DNA of 64,000 nt from an uncultured Enterobacteriaceae bacterium (lineage in GTDB: Bacteria; Pseudomonadota; Gammaproteobacteria; Burkholderiales; SG8-39), in contig CAZOWR010000001.1 in the NCBI GenBank assembly GCA_964583645.1, positions 34 through 64,033 on the forward strand, given 5' to 3'. The position numbers were made by a program, and so were the translations under genes. Of the stretch, positions 34,976-43,581 are shown piece by piece. The notes beneath the pieces were generated by a model, which was not told the DNA's origin, made no database searches, and saw only the letters and a program-made list of their open reading frames with translations. How positions within the stretch are numbered: position 1 is the stretch's first letter; each line of letters opens with the position of its first letter.

Positions 34976-35916
34976 GGACGCGCATCACGGCGCTGCTCGG
35001 CATCGAGCACCCGATCTTCCAGGCCGCGATGAGCTGGGCCTCGTCCAGTTCGGCGCTCGTGGTCGCGGTGTCGAACGCGGGCGGCATGGGCGTCATCGCC
35101 GGCGGCCCGATGCGCACGCCGGACTTCGCGCGCGCGCTCGCCGAGATCAGGGCGGGCACGGCCAGGCCCTGGGGCGTCAACATCCCGCTCACCAACCCGC
35201 GGGCTCGCGAACTGCTCGACATCGCCTACGAGGCGCGCGTCCCGGTGATGGTCGCCTCGCAGGGCGGGCCGCGCGAGCACCTGGCGCGCTTTCGCGCCAT
35301 CGGCACGAAGTGGCTCCACGTGGTGGCGTCGGTGGAGCACGCGCGCAAGGCCGAAGCCGCGGGCGTGGACGCGCTCGTCGTGGACGGCGCGGAAGCCGGC
35401 GGCCACCCGCCGCCCTCGGAAGTCGGCACGCTCGTCCTCGTGAGGCGGATCGTGCGGGCGACGCAGCTCCCGGTCGTGGCGAGCGGCGGCATCGCGGACG
35501 GCGCCGGCATCGCGGCGATGCTCGCGCTCGGGGCGGACGCGGTGCAGCTCGGCACGCGCTTCATCGCCACGCCCGAGGCGAGCGTGCACGAGAACTACAA
35601 GCGCGCGGTGCTCGCCGCGGACGTGGACGGCTCGACCATCGTGTCGCGCGGCCACCACCCGATCCGGCAGCTGAAGAACGCCTTCTCGGCGAAGTTCGAG
35701 GCGGCGGAGCGCGCGGGCGCTGCGCGCGAGACGCTGCAGGCCATCTTCGATGGCGCGAGCCTGAGGCAGGCGGCGCTCGACGGCGACGTCGAGTGGGGCA
35801 AGCTCGAGGCCGGGCAGTCGGCCGGGCTGGTCGAGGAGATCCTGCCCGCCGCCGAGGTCATGCAGCGCCTCGTGGCGGAGCTGGAGGAGGCGAGGCGGAG
35901 GCTTGCCGCGCTGTGA
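34972..35916 (+). CDS. nitronate monooxygenase (2-nitropropane dioxygenase-like, FMN TIM barrel)
   Basis: Tail of track ORF 34408..35916. GTG 34972 overlaps the MarR stop (GTGA). GIEHPIFQAAMSW, GAEAGGH, ASGGIADG, GTRF. Confidence 0.8.
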   Translation: MRTRITALLGIEHPIFQAAMSWASSSSALVVAVSNAGGMGVIAGGPMRTPDFARALAEIRAGTARPWGVNIPLTNPRARELLDIAYEARVPVMVASQGGPREHLARFRAIGTKWLHVVASVEHARKAEAAGVDALVVDGAEAGGHPPPSEVGTLVLVRRIVRATQLPVVASGGIADGAGIAAMLALGADAVQLGTRFIATPEASVHENYKRAVLAADVDGSTIVSRGHHPIRQLKNAFSAKFEAAERAGAARETLQAIFDGASLRQAALDGDVEWGKLEAGQSAGLVEEILPAAEVMQRLVAELEEARRRLAAL

Positions 35917-35977
35917 AGAAGCAGGGTCAGAGCACCGCTTCCGGACCGGAGAAAACGTGGCCTGACCCCGTTTTGCG
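35915..35977. repeat. palindromic doublet B of the GGTCAGACC repeat family
   Basis: GAAGAAGCAGGGTCAGAGCACCGCTTCC (35915-35942) and CCGGAGAAAACGTGGCCTGACCCCGTTTTGC (35946-35976). Degenerate relative to doublets D and E. Confidence 0.6.
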
Positions 35978-36695
35978 GGTCGAGGATCGCGGGGCGGTGC
36001 GCGTGCTGACCATGAACCGCCCGGAGAAGCGCAACGCGCTCAACACCGAGCTCACGCAGGCGCTGCTCGACGCGCTGCGCGCAGCCGACGCGGACGAGGC
36101 CGTGGGCTGCGTGGTGCTTACCGGCGCCGGGCAGGCATTCTGCGCCGGCGCGGATCTCGCGGAGTTCAAGGACCTCACGCCCGAGCATCAGGACCGGGTG
36201 GACGCGCGCGCCGAGCTCACGATGCAGCTGCACCTCGCGTTCTCGAAGATGGCGAAGCCCGTGGTCACGGCGATCAACGGCGCCGCGATGGGAGGCGGCG
36301 CGGGGCTCGCGATCGCGGGCGACCTCGCGCTGATGGCCGAAGGCGCGACGCTCGGCTACCCGGAGACGCACCACGGCATCGTCGCGGCGATCGCGATGGC
36401 GAACCTCGCGCGCCAGGCAGGACGCAAGGCGACCTTCGAGCTGCTCGCGCTCGGCGAGCCGATCGACGCCGAACGCGCGCTCGCGCTCGGCCTGGTCAAC
36501 CGCGTGGTACCCGGAGTCAGTTTGATGGATAAGACGCTCGCGCTCGCGGCGAAGCTCGCCGCGGTGCCTCGCCCCGCGATGGCGCTCACCAAGCAGCTCT
36601 TCCACGAGGTCGCGGACCTGCCGCTGGAGGCAGCGCTCAAACGCGGGGCCGAAGCGAACCGGCGCATGCGGGCCTTCCGCAAGGGGCAGGCATGA
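35973..36695 (+). CDS. enoyl-CoA hydratase/isomerase (crotonase) family protein
   Basis: Tail of track ORF 35310..36695. NRPEKRNAL, FCAGADL, AINGAAMGGG. The start is uncertain: TTG 35973, or GTG 35913 which would translate repeat B. Confidence 0.8.
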   Translation: MRVEDRGAVRVLTMNRPEKRNALNTELTQALLDALRAADADEAVGCVVLTGAGQAFCAGADLAEFKDLTPEHQDRVDARAELTMQLHLAFSKMAKPVVTAINGAAMGGGAGLAIAGDLALMAEGATLGYPETHHGIVAAIAMANLARQAGRKATFELLALGEPIDAERALALGLVNRVVPGVSLMDKTLALAAKLAAVPRPAMALTKQLFHEVADLPLEAALKRGAEANRRMRAFRKGQA

Positions 36696-37583
36696 ATGGG
36701 CACGGCGCTCGCCCTGCTCGCGATGGTGTGCTTCGCCGTGAACATCCTGATCACGCGCTACGCCGTGGCGCGCCTCCCGGTCGAGTCCGGGTTCTTCGTC
36801 GTGCTCGCGACCAACGTGCTGTTCCCTGCGGCGATCTTCGCGCTCGAGCTCGGCGCGCGCGCCGCGCCGTATGCCTGGGACTGGAAGGGCGCGGGGCTCT
36901 TCGCCCTGGGCGGCGTGATCGGCACCTTCCTCGGCCGGCGCTTCCTCTTCGACACGGTGCGGCTGCTCGGGCCCTCGCGCGCGAGCGTGTTCCACTCGAG
37001 CGCGCCGGCGTTCGCGCTGCTCGGTGCCTGGCTCCTCGCCGACGAGCGCCTGGGCCTGTACGAGATCGGCCTCATGGCGGTGGTCTGGACGGGGCTGTGG
37101 TTCACCCAGCCGCGCGCGGGCACCGCCGGCGCGACGGGTGCGGCGGCGCTGCGCGCCGGGATGCTGGCGGGCCTCGCCACCGTCGCGGGCTTCGGCTTCG
37201 GCAACGTCCTGAGGGGACTCGCGATGCGCGGCTGGAGCGAGGCGGTGCTCGGCACGGTGATCGCCTCGCTCGCCGCGCTCGCCTGCCAGGTGCTGGCGAC
37301 GCGCGACTGGGCGAGGATCCGCGGCCAGCTGCGCGGCGCCCCGCCCGGGGCGCTCCTGCTCTACACCGGGTGCGGCGTGGCGACCTCGCTCGGCTCGATC
37401 TTCGTCACGCTCTCCATGGCGCACATGGAGATCGCGCTTGCGGTGCTGGTGGTGCACACCACGCCACTCGTGATCTTCCCGGTGAGCGTGCTCGTGCTGC
37501 GCAACCGCGAAGAGCTCGCGCCGCGCACCATCCTCGGGGCGGCGCTGGTGCTCGCCGGCATCGCGCTGCTGTCGCTGCGCTGA
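36696..37583 (+). CDS. EamA/DMT-family transporter
   Basis: 295 aa, 10 hydrophobic segments. ATG directly abuts the preceding TGA. Confidence 0.75.
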   Translation: MGTALALLAMVCFAVNILITRYAVARLPVESGFFVVLATNVLFPAAIFALELGARAAPYAWDWKGAGLFALGGVIGTFLGRRFLFDTVRLLGPSRASVFHSSAPAFALLGAWLLADERLGLYEIGLMAVVWTGLWFTQPRAGTAGATGAAALRAGMLAGLATVAGFGFGNVLRGLAMRGWSEAVLGTVIASLAALACQVLATRDWARIRGQLRGAPPGALLLYTGCGVATSLGSIFVTLSMAHMEIALAVLVVHTTPLVIFPVSVLVLRNREELAPRTILGAALVLAGIALLSLR

Positions 37584-37587
37584 CGCC

Positions 37588-38772
37588 GTGAAGCCGCTCG
37601 AGCACCTGACGATCCTCGACCTGTCGCGGGTGCTGGCCTGTCCCTTCGCCGGCATGATCCTCGCCGAGCTCGGCGCGCGCGTCATCAAGGTCGAGCAGCC
37701 AGGCATGGGCGACGAGACGCGCGGCTTCGAGCCGCGCCTCGCCCGGGACAGCGCCTACTACTTCGCCTGCAACCGCTCCAAGGCCTCGATCACGGTGGAC
37801 CTGCGCCACCCGGAAGGCCGCGCCATCATCCGCGCGCTCGCGCAGAAGGCCGACGCGCTGGTGGAGAACTTCCCGGTCGGCAGCCTCGCGCGCCACGGTC
37901 TGGACTTCCCCACCCTGTCTGCGCTCAACCCGCGCCTCGTCTATGTCTCCTGCACGGGCTTCGGCCAGACCGGACCCTACGCGCGCAGGAAGGGCTACGA
38001 CACGGTGTTCCAGGCGATGGGCGGCCTGATGAGCCTGACCGGCGAGAAGGGCGGCGGCCCGGTCAAGCCGGGGCTGCCGATCGCGGATCTCAGCTCGGGC
38101 CTGTGGGTGGCGATCGGGCTGCTGGCGCTGCTCGCGGGGCGCAGCCGCACCGGGCACGGGGCGCGCCTCGACTTCTCGATGCTGGACGGGCAGGTGGCGC
38201 TCCTCACGCTCGCCGCGGCGCGCTACTTCGCGCTCGGCGAGGTGCCGCCGCGCCTGGGCACCGAGCATCCCGGGCGCGTGCCGAGCGCCACCTTCCGCTG
38301 CGCCTGCGGCCGCTACGCGCACCTCACCGCGAGCGACCAGCACTGGGCGCCGCTGTGCCGCGCCCTCGGCCTGGAGAAAATGGGGTCAGACCACGATTTC
38401 TCGGACAACGCGAAGCGCGTGGCGCGCCGCGACGAGGTGATGGCGGCGCTGACCGAGGCGATCGCGGCGCTGCCGCGGGACGAGCTGATCGCGCGGCTGG
38501 ACGCGGCCGACGTGCCCGCAGGGCCGGTGCACGACGTCGCCGAGATCCTGGCCGATGCGCACGTGAGGGCGCGGCGGCTGGTGGGCAGCTTCGACTATCC
38601 CGAGGTGGGCGAATTCAGGGCGCTGGGCCTGCCCTACAGGTTCCTCGGCTGGGACGACCCGGAGATCGGGGCGCCGCCGGCGCTGGGCGCCGACACCGAG
38701 CGCGTGCTCTCGGAGATGCTCGGCTATTCCGCCGAGCGCATCGGCGAGCTGCGCGCGGCGAAGGCGATATGA
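37588..38772 (+). CDS. family III CoA-transferase (CaiB/BaiF)
   Basis: 394 aa. LTILDLSRVLACPFAGMILAELGARVIKVE, NFPVGSL, GYDTVFQAMGGLMS. Confidence 0.85.
   Translation: MKPLEHLTILDLSRVLACPFAGMILAELGARVIKVEQPGMGDETRGFEPRLARDSAYYFACNRSKASITVDLRHPEGRAIIRALAQKADALVENFPVGSLARHGLDFPTLSALNPRLVYVSCTGFGQTGPYARRKGYDTVFQAMGGLMSLTGEKGGGPVKPGLPIADLSSGLWVAIGLLALLAGRSRTGHGARLDFSMLDGQVALLTLAAARYFALGEVPPRLGTEHPGRVPSATFRCACGRYAHLTASDQHWAPLCRALGLEKMGSDHDFSDNAKRVARRDEVMAALTEAIAALPRDELIARLDAADVPAGPVHDVAEILADAHVRARRLVGSFDYPEVGEFRALGLPYRFLGWDDPEIGAPPALGADTERVLSEMLGYSAERIGELRAAKAI
38373..38400. repeat. palindromic unit C (single), embedded in-frame in the CoA-transferase CDS
   Basis: GGAGAAAATGGGGTCAGACCACGATTTC. 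The 19 nt GGGTCAGACCACGATTTC(+G) are identical to unit E1. Encodes EKMGSDHDF. Confidence 0.6.
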
Positions 38773-39485
38773 CGGTCCGCTACAGGATGGCCGGCGGCGT
38801 GGCGACTCTCAGGCTCGACCGGCCCGAGGCCCGCAACGCGCTGAACGCGGCGATGTGCGATGAGCTTCTGCGGGCCTGCTCGCAGGCGACCGTGGATGAC
38901 GTGAAGCTGGTCTTCGTGCGAGCGAACGGCCCGGTGTTCTGCGCCGGCGCGGACACGAAGGAGCGCAAGGGCATGGACGGCGCCCGGACGCTCGAACGCC
39001 GCATGAAGGCCTTCGCCGCCTACGCCGCCCTGGAGGCGCTGCCGATGCCGTCCGTGGCAGTGGTGCACGGGCCGGCGATCGGCTCGGGCTGCGAGATTGC
39101 CGCCGCCTGCGACTTCATCGTCGCCACTCCCGAGGCCTGCTTTCAGACTCCGGAGGCGCTTCGCGGCACGGTTGGCGCGACGCAACGCCTCGCGCAGGCG
39201 CTCGGAATTCGTTTCGCCAAGGACATGATGTTCACGGGGCGCCGTCTGCAGGCGGCGGAGGCAGCCGGCCACGGCCTGGTGGCGCGCGTGGTGGAGGCCG
39301 CGCGGCTGGAGGAGACGCTGGCGGAGATAGCGCAAGCCGTGACCGGGGCGCCGCAGGCCGCGCTGCGGCTCGCCAAGCGCGTGCTCGACGACGCCGACCG
39401 GCAGCGGCGCGAGCAAGCGCTGCGCCGCGAGGTAGAGGCGATCCGCGAGCAGCTCGCCGCGGGCGGCGGGCTCGGCAAGCCGTGA
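38769..39485 (+). CDS. enoyl-CoA hydratase/isomerase family protein
   Basis: Tail of track ORF 38103..39485. ATG 38769 overlaps the upstream stop (ATGA). RPEARNAL, FCAGADT, VHGPAIGSGCE. Confidence 0.75.
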   Translation: MTVRYRMAGGVATLRLDRPEARNALNAAMCDELLRACSQATVDDVKLVFVRANGPVFCAGADTKERKGMDGARTLERRMKAFAAYAALEALPMPSVAVVHGPAIGSGCEIAAACDFIVATPEACFQTPEALRGTVGATQRLAQALGIRFAKDMMFTGRRLQAAEAAGHGLVARVVEAARLEETLAEIAQAVTGAPQAALRLAKRVLDDADRQRREQALRREVEAIREQLAAGGGLGKP

Positions 39486-40963
39486 GCTGGGCGGCGCAGA
39501 CGCTCGGCCAGGTGCTGGAAGCGCGCGCGCGCGAGCGGGGCGGCGCGGAGGCGCTCGTCACTCCCACCGCGCGGCTCACCTACGCGCGGCTTCGCGCCAA
39601 GGCGGTCGCGAGCGCCGCCGGCCTGCAGGCGCTCGGTCTCGCTCCGGGAGACCGCGTAGGGATCCTGATGGGGAACGACGAGCACTGGCTGGGCCTGTTC
39701 TACGGCGCAGCCCTCGCGGGCTGCGTCGCCGTGCCGGTAAACACGCGCTTCAAGGCGCCCGAGATCGCGCACTGCGTGCGGCAGTCGGGCTGCAAGGCGC
39801 TGGTCTACGTCGAGCGCTTCCTCGGCCAGGAGTTCGGTGCCATGGTGCGCGAGCTGCCGGTGCTCAAGGCGGAGATCTCGAGGGGATTTCCGGAAGGCGA
39901 CTTCACCCCGATCCCCGTTTCCCCTCACGATCTGCTGCTCATCCAGTTCACCTCGGGAACCACCGCCCATCCGAAGGGTGCGATGCTGACGCACGACAAC
40001 ATGCTGAGGAATGCCTGGGCCGCGGGCACGCGCATCGGCGTGCGGCCTGCAGACCGCTATTTCAACTGCCGGCCCTTCTTCCACGTAGGAGGCTCCACGC
40101 TCTCGGCGCTGCTGGCGCTGGTCTTCGGCTGCTGCCTGGTCACGCGGCCCACCTTCGAGGCGGGCGCGGCGCTCGAGACGATGGAGAAGGAGCGCTGCAC
40201 GCTCACGTCGGGCAACGACACCCTCTTCCAGATGCTCATGGGCCACGCCGATTTTCCGCAGCGCAGGCTCGCGCTGCGCGGCGGCTGGGCGGCCGCCGGC
40301 CCGCAGACCATGCGCCGGATCGTGGAGGAGCTCGGCGCGCGCCAGATGTGCGCCGCCTACGGGCTCTCGGAAGCCTCGCCCAACGTGGTCATGAGCGACT
40401 GGCGCGAGCCGGAGGAGATGCGCATCCAGGGACTGGCGAAGCCGCACCAGGGGCTCGAGCTGCGCATTTCGCCCGAGGGAGAGATCCAGCTGCGCGGCTG
40501 GAGCGTGATGCGCGGCTACTGCAACGACCCGGAGGCGACGGCCAAGGCCTTCACGCCGGACGGGTGGCTGCGCACGGGCGACCTCGGCGAGCTGACCGCG
40601 GACGGGCGGCTGCGCATGACCGGGAGGCTGAAGGACGTGTTTCGCGTGGGCGGCGAGAACGTCGCGCCGGCCGAAGTCGAGGAGGTGCTGCTGGGGCACC
40701 CGGCAGTGGAGACGGCGCAGGTCGTCGGCGTGCCCGACGCCAGGCTCGGCGAGGTGGGCTGCGCCTACGTCACGCTCAGATCGGGGCAGCCCGTCTCGGA
40801 GGAGGGGCTGCTGGCGTGGATGAGGGAGCGCTGCGCAAGCTTCCGCGTGCCGCGCTACCTGAAGGTCGTCGCGGATTTCGAATCTATCGGCATGACGGCG
40901 AGCGGCAAGGTGCAGAAGGCGCGCCTGCGCGAGCGCGCGATGCGGGACTTCAAGCTCGGCTAG
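39482..40963 (+). CDS. AMP-dependent acyl-CoA synthetase/ligase
   Basis: 493 aa. FTSGTTAHPKG, YGLSE, TGDLG, and the GKVQK terminal lysine motif. GTG overlaps the upstream stop. Confidence 0.85.
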   Translation: MSWAAQTLGQVLEARARERGGAEALVTPTARLTYARLRAKAVASAAGLQALGLAPGDRVGILMGNDEHWLGLFYGAALAGCVAVPVNTRFKAPEIAHCVRQSGCKALVYVERFLGQEFGAMVRELPVLKAEISRGFPEGDFTPIPVSPHDLLLIQFTSGTTAHPKGAMLTHDNMLRNAWAAGTRIGVRPADRYFNCRPFFHVGGSTLSALLALVFGCCLVTRPTFEAGAALETMEKERCTLTSGNDTLFQMLMGHADFPQRRLALRGGWAAAGPQTMRRIVEELGARQMCAAYGLSEASPNVVMSDWREPEEMRIQGLAKPHQGLELRISPEGEIQLRGWSVMRGYCNDPEATAKAFTPDGWLRTGDLGELTADGRLRMTGRLKDVFRVGGENVAPAEVEEVLLGHPAVETAQVVGVPDARLGEVGCAYVTLRSGQPVSEEGLLAWMRERCASFRVPRYLKVVADFESIGMTASGKVQKARLRERAMRDFKLG

Positions 40964-43056
40964 AACGCGCGCCGCGCCGTCACGCCGAGGAAGCCGTTGC
41001 GTCCCGGCGCCGGCTCGTAGTAGCGGCCGTTCGCCTCGTTGACGATCACCGAGCCGGCGTAGCGGCGGTCGGTCAGGTTGTCGAGGCGCAGGAACCCGGA
41101 GAAGCGCCAGGCGCCGGACTGCTGCGTGAAGCCGGCGGCGAGGTTGTACAGGGTGAAGGCGTCCGCCGCCTCGGTGTTGCGGTCGTTCACCCAGACGCGC
41201 GCGCGGTGTTGCGTCTCCAGCGCGACGCGAAAGCCGCTCGGGGGATGGCGCCAGGCGAGCTCGCCGTGCAGCGTGCTGCGAGGAACCCCGGGGAGGGTGT
41301 TTCCGGCGGCAATCGCAACCGGCGGCACGCCGCTCGCGAAGCCGTCGCGGAACTTCGCCTCCATGCGCGTCCAGGCGAGCAACGCCTCGAATCCAGCGGG
41401 CAGCGCCGCCTCCGCGGCCAGCTCGAGCCCCGTGCGCCGCGTGCGGCCCGCGTTCTTGAAGGTGGTGCGCCCGCCCGAGGAGGTGTCCACCACGATCTCG
41501 TTGCTGGTGCCGACCTCGAACAGGGCCGCGTTCAGCCGCAGCCGCCCCGCGAGCACCGCCTTGACGCCGAGCTCCGCGTGGCGGCTGCGCGCCGCCGCCA
41601 GCGCGAAGTTGAGCCCCGGCCCCGCGCTGCGATAGGCGAGCTCGGCGAAGGTCGGCGTCTCGAAGCCGCGCCCGAGGCCGGCGTACAGGCTCGCGGCCGG
41701 CGCGAGCCGGTAGAGGAGTCCCGCCACCGGCGTCGTGGCCGAGAAGCTCGCGCGGCCGCTGTCGTCGGCGTTCCCCGGCACGACGAAGCGGTCCTCGGAG
41801 CGGAACGTGACGCGGTTCGCGCGCAGCCCGGCGAGCGCGATCCAGCGCTCGGCGAAGCGCCACTCGCCTTGAGCGTACGCGCCGGTGCTCGCGGCGATGT
41901 CGTCCTCGTCGCGCTTCAGGTCCGCGAGGCTGCCCCCGACGTTGAGAAAACCCTTGCGGACTTCCGCCATGCGCTCGTACTCGCCGCCCAGCGTGAGCGT
42001 GAGCGGCCGTCCCCCGAGCGCGGCCTCGCGCACGAAGCGCAGCGACCCACCGCCGTAGTCGCGGTCGAGGTCGACCACGCCGCCCGAGTGCGTAGGCGCC
42101 ACCTGCACGAACAGCGGGATCGAGAGGTACTGGCGCACCGCGCGATTGCCGCCGTAGGCCGAGACCTCCATGCGCCAGGCATCGAAGCGGTGCGCGAAGC
42201 TCGCCCCGAGCTGCCCCTGGCGCGCGCTCTTGCGCGTGTCGAAGTCGTACGCCGGGGCCACTGCCTGCTCCGGATGCTCGTTCATCTGCGCCCGCGTCAT
42301 GCCGAGCGGGTCCTGCGTCTCCGGGCTGTCGAAGCTGTTCGCCACCAGCGTGAGCGAGGAGGCGGGCGCGAGCGCGAGCTGGAGCTTCGCGTTGAGCTGC
42401 TCGCGCGTCGCGGCGCTGTGCAGCCGGTAGCCGTCGATGTCGAAGCGCGAGGCGCTCACGATCCAGTCGGCGGCGCCCGCGCGCGCCCCGGCCTTGAGCG
42501 CGGCGCGCCGCATGCCGAAGGAGCCGAGCGCGAGCTCCGCCCCGGCGCCGGGATCGCGGCCGCCGCTCCCGGTGACGATATTGATGACGCCCCCGGCGGC
42601 ATTGCCGTACAGGACCGAGAAGGGCCCGCGCAGCACCTCGATGCGCTCGGCCGAGCCGAGGTCGAAATGCGACACCTGGCCCTGGCCGTCGGGGAAGCTC
42701 GCGGGGATGCCGTCGCTGACGATGCGAATGCCGCGGATGCCGAAGGCGGCGCGCGCGCCGAACCCCCGCGAGGAGATCTGCAGGTCCTGCGCGTAGTTCT
42801 GCCGGTTCTGCACCACGATCCCCGGGACGCGCCCGAGCGACTCCGAGAGGTTCACCTGCGGCCGCGCCCAGCCGATGTCCTCGCCATGCACGCGGTCGAC
42901 CGAGGCCGGGACCTCGAGGCTCGGCCGCTCGACTCGTGTCGCGGTCACGGTGATCGCGTCCTGCTGCGAGTGCGCCGGCTCTGCCGCGAGCGCCAGCAGG
43001 AGCGCGCCGCTAGCGCAGGCGCGAGAAATAGTGCGCGAGGGCGACGAAGTCCTCAT
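40960..43056 (-). CDS. TonB-dependent outer-membrane receptor
   Basis: Inside track ORF 40960..43203 from ATG 43056. Signal peptide. Plug domain (ITVTATR, IEVLRGPFSVLYG). Beta-barrel with a terminal aromatic residue (…ARRAF). Confidence 0.85.
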   Translation of the reverse strand: MRTSSPSRTISRACASGALLLALAAEPAHSQQDAITVTATRVERPSLEVPASVDRVHGEDIGWARPQVNLSESLGRVPGIVVQNRQNYAQDLQISSRGFGARAAFGIRGIRIVSDGIPASFPDGQGQVSHFDLGSAERIEVLRGPFSVLYGNAAGGVINIVTGSGGRDPGAGAELALGSFGMRRAALKAGARAGAADWIVSASRFDIDGYRLHSAATREQLNAKLQLALAPASSLTLVANSFDSPETQDPLGMTRAQMNEHPEQAVAPAYDFDTRKSARQGQLGASFAHRFDAWRMEVSAYGGNRAVRQYLSIPLFVQVAPTHSGGVVDLDRDYGGGSLRFVREAALGGRPLTLTLGGEYERMAEVRKGFLNVGGSLADLKRDEDDIAASTGAYAQGEWRFAERWIALAGLRANRVTFRSEDRFVVPGNADDSGRASFSATTPVAGLLYRLAPAASLYAGLGRGFETPTFAELAYRSAGPGLNFALAAARSRHAELGVKAVLAGRLRLNAALFEVGTSNEIVVDTSSGGRTTFKNAGRTRRTGLELAAEAALPAGFEALLAWTRMEAKFRDGFASGVPPVAIAAGNTLPGVPRSTLHGELAWRHPPSGFRVALETQHRARVWVNDRNTEAADAFTLYNLAAGFTQQSGAWRFSGFLRLDNLTDRRYAGSVIVNEANGRYYEPAPGRNGFLGVTARRAF

Positions 43057-43579
43057 CCAGGATCCCGTAGAGGGAAGCCGCCATGATGGTGTCGCCGCCG
43101 CGCACGCGGTCGGCGCGGTAGGCGCGCAGCTGCGCGAGCAGGAACTCCTCGCGCTGGCCGGCGAGCCGCGGCATCTGCTCGCGCCCGCGGTACCCGGCGC
43201 CATGGCAGCTGCCGCAGCGGTTGCGCGCCGCGACCGCGCGGCCGCGCTCGAAGCGCCCCCGGTCGGCCGCGCCGGGCCGCGGCCTCGCGGGCTGCCTCGC
43301 GTAGTGCGCAGCGAGCGCGGCGATCTCCGGGTCGCGCAGGCCGCGCAGCAGGCCCTGCATGACCTCGGAGCCCCGCAGCCCCTCGCGCGTGAGCACGAGG
43401 TAGTTCTCGAGGAAGACCCTCGGCTGCCCGGCGATCGAAGGCACCCCCGCGGTGGTCGAATTGCCGTCGGCGCCGTGGCAGGCGGCGCAGGCGCTCTGCG
43501 GCGCGTGCTGGGCCTGCACGGCGGGAAGAAAAAGGGCGGCGAGCAGGCCTGCCCACCGCCCGGTCCGGCGGCAACGCAC
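43010..43579 (-). CDS. dihaem class-I (c4-like) cytochrome c
   Basis: C-terminal 189 aa of track ORF 43010..44728 from GTG 43579. Signal peptide. Two CxxCH motifs (CAACH, CGSCH). Confidence 0.8.
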   Translation of the reverse strand: MRCRRTGRWAGLLAALFLPAVQAQHAPQSACAACHGADGNSTTAGVPSIAGQPRVFLENYLVLTREGLRGSEVMQGLLRGLRDPEIAALAAHYARQPARPRPGAADRGRFERGRAVAARNRCGSCHGAGYRGREQMPRLAGQREEFLLAQLRAYRADRVRGGDTIMAASLYGILDEDFVALAHYFSRLR

Positions 43580-43581
43580 CC

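Noticed and set aside
39143-43086. 906-aa (39143..41863, minus) and 912-aa (40348..43086, plus) ORFs over the ligase and TonB-receptor genes
   Set aside because: Antisense or alternative-frame artefacts of high GC content. No motifs, and they conflict with well-supported genes.
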